This document shows, one piece after another, positions 61,463-64,000 of a stretch of DNA of 64,000 nt. Made by a program: the position numbers and the translations under genes. Positions within the stretch are counted from its first letter, which is position 1; the number at the start of each line of letters is the position of its first letter. The stretch comes from Nitrospirota bacterium (GTDB taxonomy: Bacteria; Nitrospirota; UBA9217), in contig CAWJQQ010000008.1 in the NCBI GenBank assembly GCA_963845065.1, positions 96,001-160,000 on the forward strand, read 5' to 3'. Below the pieces are notes generated by a model. It saw only the letters and a program-made list of their open reading frames with translations, was not told the DNA's origin and searched no databases.

Positions 61463-61973
61463 GGAGGATTTCCTTTCGAATCAGGTCTGTGTATGAATTG
61501 AGCGGCTGCATTCCATTGCAAGGCAGTGTTGCCGCAGCTTCATCAACGCTCGCGTTCGATCCCGGCAGAATGAATCCCGGAGCGATTTCATGGAGTGTGA
61601 TTGCAAGAAATGGCAGTCGGACGATGTCCGGGTCGGGAAGCACATGTCCATCGATCGTCATCGTGAGATCATCATAGACAATAAGGTCGAGGTCGATTGT
61701 ACGTGGCGCAAATTTGTCATCAGTTCGCTTCCGTCCCAGCACATCCTCGATCCGTCGAAGTACTGTGCGTTTCAGCTCGTGGGGCGGCAGTTGCGTTGCA
61801 ATCTCAATTACGCAATTGTAAAAGAATGGCTGGAACGTCGGACCGACAGGCGCCGTGAGATAAACCGTGGAAATCGCCTGGATAGACACCTGTTTCTTTA
61901 GCTGGCACAGAGCTTCTTTCACGTTTTTTCCAGGGTCGATGTTCGATCCGATGCTTATGAAGGCACGTGACAT
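61455..61973 (-). CDS. folK: 6-hydroxymethyl-7,8-dihydropterin pyrophosphokinase
   Basis: IGSNI, FYN, IE..GR and PRTIDLD motifs. Confidence 0.9.
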   Translation of the reverse strand: MSRAFISIGSNIDPGKNVKEALCQLKKQVSIQAISTVYLTAPVGPTFQPFFYNCVIEIATQLPPHELKRTVLRRIEDVLGRKRTDDKFAPRTIDLDLIVYDDLTMTIDGHVLPDPDIVRLPFLAITLHEIAPGFILPGSNASVDEAAATLPCNGMQPLNSYTDLIRKEILHD

Positions 61974-61975
61974 GA

Positions 61976-62332
61976 TCAGCCCGGCTGTTTCCTCGTGATT
62001 TCCACACCCACGCTTCTTGCGAAACGGAGCGCTGCGGGTTTCTCAACCCGCACGCGTGCTTCTGTCACCTCGGGATGCGCAAGACAGATGTCTGCCACGG
62101 ACTGGGCCAGGGCTTCCACGAGGTAAAATCGAGAGTTCTCCGCCATGTTCATGATCTGCTTGTTTAGGGCGCGGTAGTCTACTGAATCTTCTATCCGGTC
62201 ACTCTTGCCGGCTTTGCGCAGGTCTACGTCTAGCGTCAGATTAATAAGGACATCCTGTTTCTCCTTGCGCTCGTCGTCACGGACGCCGATGATACACCGT
62301 ATGAGAAGATCACTGATTACGATTCGGTCCAT
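61976..62332 (-). CDS. folB: Dihydroneopterin aldolase / epimerase (FolB/FolX family)
   Basis: IIGV..ER..Q, VDY, LVE and KP.ALRFA motifs. Confidence 0.85.
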   Translation of the reverse strand: MDRIVISDLLIRCIIGVRDDERKEKQDVLINLTLDVDLRKAGKSDRIEDSVDYRALNKQIMNMAENSRFYLVEALAQSVADICLAHPEVTEARVRVEKPAALRFARSVGVEITRKQPG

Positions 62333-63101
62333 TGCTCTCCTCCCTCAAGTGCCTGCCACCATCAACGTAGATGACCTGACCTGTTACAAAGTCACTTTTT
62401 AGCAGATAGAGTGCCGCATCGGTGATGTCGCCCGGAGCGCCGTGACGTCTGAGCGGGACTGTTTGTGCCAGTGATTCAAGATAGTCCTCGTCTTTCCCCG
62501 ACGGAGGAAGGATGAGTCCAGGCGCAATCGCGTTTACGGCGACAGCAGGAGCGAATTCCACTGCGCACATCGACGTAAGAGCGGCGAGCACCTGCTTACT
62601 CAAGATATATGCAACATGCTCACGGTCGTAGCCCGCGATTTTCGTGTCAAGCAGGTTGATGATCTTGCCGCGGCCTGCAAGCCTCGCGAACTCGCGGCTC
62701 AAAACCAGGGGCACCCACGCGTTCACGTGGAGGTGACTCATCAGATCGCGGAATCCCATATCCATGAGCGTGCCCGACTGAAAGATCGATGCATTATTAA
62801 TAAGGATTTCAAGCGATCCGGCGGTCCGTTGCGCCCGTGCGATGAGAGTCTCGTACTCTTCCGGTTTCTCAAGATCGGCGGTCACGTTCCACGATTTTGC
62901 TCCGCAGCCAACCACTTCATCACAAACCTTCGCAGTTTCCTGCTCAAGGTCCCGGCGGTCGTGAGCCACGATATTCACTCCTTCTTCCGCTAGGGCCATG
63001 GCAAGCGCGCGGCCGATACGCCTGCTTGCTCCCGTGATCAGGGCGACCTTGCCCTTTAAGCCATCTGCCATGCCGATTCGTGCTGTGGTATGACTCGTCA
63101 T
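62310..63101 (-). CDS. Pteridine reductase-like SDR (FolM/PTR1 type)
   Basis: TGASRRIG, NNASIF, YILSK, NAIAPG and VDGG motifs; pterin gene context. Confidence 0.8.
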   Translation of the reverse strand: MTSHTTARIGMADGLKGKVALITGASRRIGRALAMALAEEGVNIVAHDRRDLEQETAKVCDEVVGCGAKSWNVTADLEKPEEYETLIARAQRTAGSLEILINNASIFQSGTLMDMGFRDLMSHLHVNAWVPLVLSREFARLAGRGKIINLLDTKIAGYDREHVAYILSKQVLAALTSMCAVEFAPAVAVNAIAPGLILPPSGKDEDYLESLAQTVPLRRHGAPGDITDAALYLLKSDFVTGQVIYVDGGRHLREESNGPNRNQ

Positions 63102-63445
63102 GCCGCTTTCTCATGTCGTAGGCGGTCCGCCAACTCATCGATTTTCGCTGCCACGATAAAATCGTTCAGTGACAGTCCGCCGATTTTATGTGTCGATACT
63201 GTCATGCGGACTTTGTTGTAGGAAATAAAAATATCGGGATGATGGTCCTGCTCATTCGCTATGGCCGCCACAGCATTGACGAACTTCATGGCCTCGCGAA
63301 AGTCCTTGAACCGGAAATCTCGCGCTATCTCCTTTTCGCCGAGCGACCAGGCCGGCGTTTGCAGCAGCAATTCTTCCACTTCTTTCAAGGATAACGGGGC
63401 GGTCCCCGCCGTCACGGGTTTTGAATTTTGTTCTGAGAGTTTCAT
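63098..63445 (-). CDS. phhB: Pterin-4-alpha-carbinolamine dehydratase
   Basis: FKDF, DHHPD and THKIGGLS.NDF..AAKID motifs. Confidence 0.92.
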   Translation of the reverse strand: MKLSEQNSKPVTAGTAPLSLKEVEELLLQTPAWSLGEKEIARDFRFKDFREAMKFVNAVAAIANEQDHHPDIFISYNKVRMTVSTHKIGGLSLNDFIVAAKIDELADRLRHEKAA

Positions 63446-63552
63446 AGTTGCCTCCATGAGTGTTTTCTGCAAAGGACGCAGGGAACGCCAGGGGGAACTT
63501 CCCGATATGTAAAGCATGCCTCGGCGGCCGCTGCGATTTCTGTCGTGTATTT

Positions 63553-64000
63553 CTAACGTATCAATCCATACAGGCTTTCTTTCGTTACCTGTTTATTTTT
63601 CTTGATAAGCATGCGCGCGGTCTCGACCTTGTCCCACACATTGCACATCATGGCGCCCCGGACTTTATTGTCACGAATGTAGTAGATCACCCCGGTATCG
63701 TTTTCCTTCTCCCAGTCGGCAAAGGTTTCGAGCTCGGCGTTCACATCTCCGACCGCCTCGAACCCGAACTCGAAAAGGTCGGAAAAAAAATAGGGCATGT
63801 ACGTATATGGTTCGCGTGCACCCGCCATGTTCCGGCCTGCCCATTTACCCTGATTCAGGGCATTGTCCCAGTGCTCGACTCGCATCTGCTTTCCTAGAGT
63901 CTGGTACGGGAAAAATGCGATGTCACCTGCTGCGTAAATGTCCGGAAGCGACGCATGGAGATATTCGTCAACAATAATCCCGTTTGCGGTCTGCAGTCCT
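63553..64000 (-). CDS. NAD(P)/FAD-dependent ferredoxin-reductase-like oxidoreductase (3' part only)
   Basis: GIIVDEYL, IYAAGDIA, RVEHW.NA..QG and PYFFSD motifs; runs off the window edge. Confidence 0.85.
   Translation of the reverse strand, partial: GLQTANGIIVDEYLHASLPDIYAAGDIAFFPYQTLGKQMRVEHWDNALNQGKWAGRNMAGAREPYTYMPYFFSDLFEFGFEAVGDVNAELETFADWEKENDTGVIYYIRDNKVRGAMMCNVWDKVETARMLIKKNKQVTKESLYGLIR

Overview
A 64 kb bacterial chromosomal segment from a diderm organism; gene content and style suggest an anaerobic Nitrospirota- or deltaproteobacterium-like lineage (inference only). Most of it is housekeeping and accessory genes: radical SAM protein, cytochrome c peroxidase, liv ABC operon, dinG, amidase-GerMN-murI, folC-lptD-cutA, M23 peptidase, csp, secA, an SsuA-type ABC transporter, rlmD, glgA-galT, a DUF721 protein and a pterin cluster. 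The most notable region is an ~11.5 kb Ser/Thr signalling locus at 41.2-52.7 kb. It has a sigma-54 promoter with palindromic upstream sites driving PP2C, a chimeric mini-gene, vWA, zinc-ribbon-FHA, a polytopic FHA-vWA-FHA fusion and a kinase. Next to it lie an FHA-domain sigma-54 activator and a second PP2C/kinase pair. Other signals missed by the ORF track are an internally deleted tnpB relic, an isochorismatase::IS1182 chimeric pseudogene, tandem NrdR-like boxes upstream of the M23 peptidase, a Fur/PerR-like box upstream of the peroxidase, and degenerate intergenic repeats. No rRNA, tRNA or CRISPR array was seen. All family assignments come from motif recognition, not database searches.
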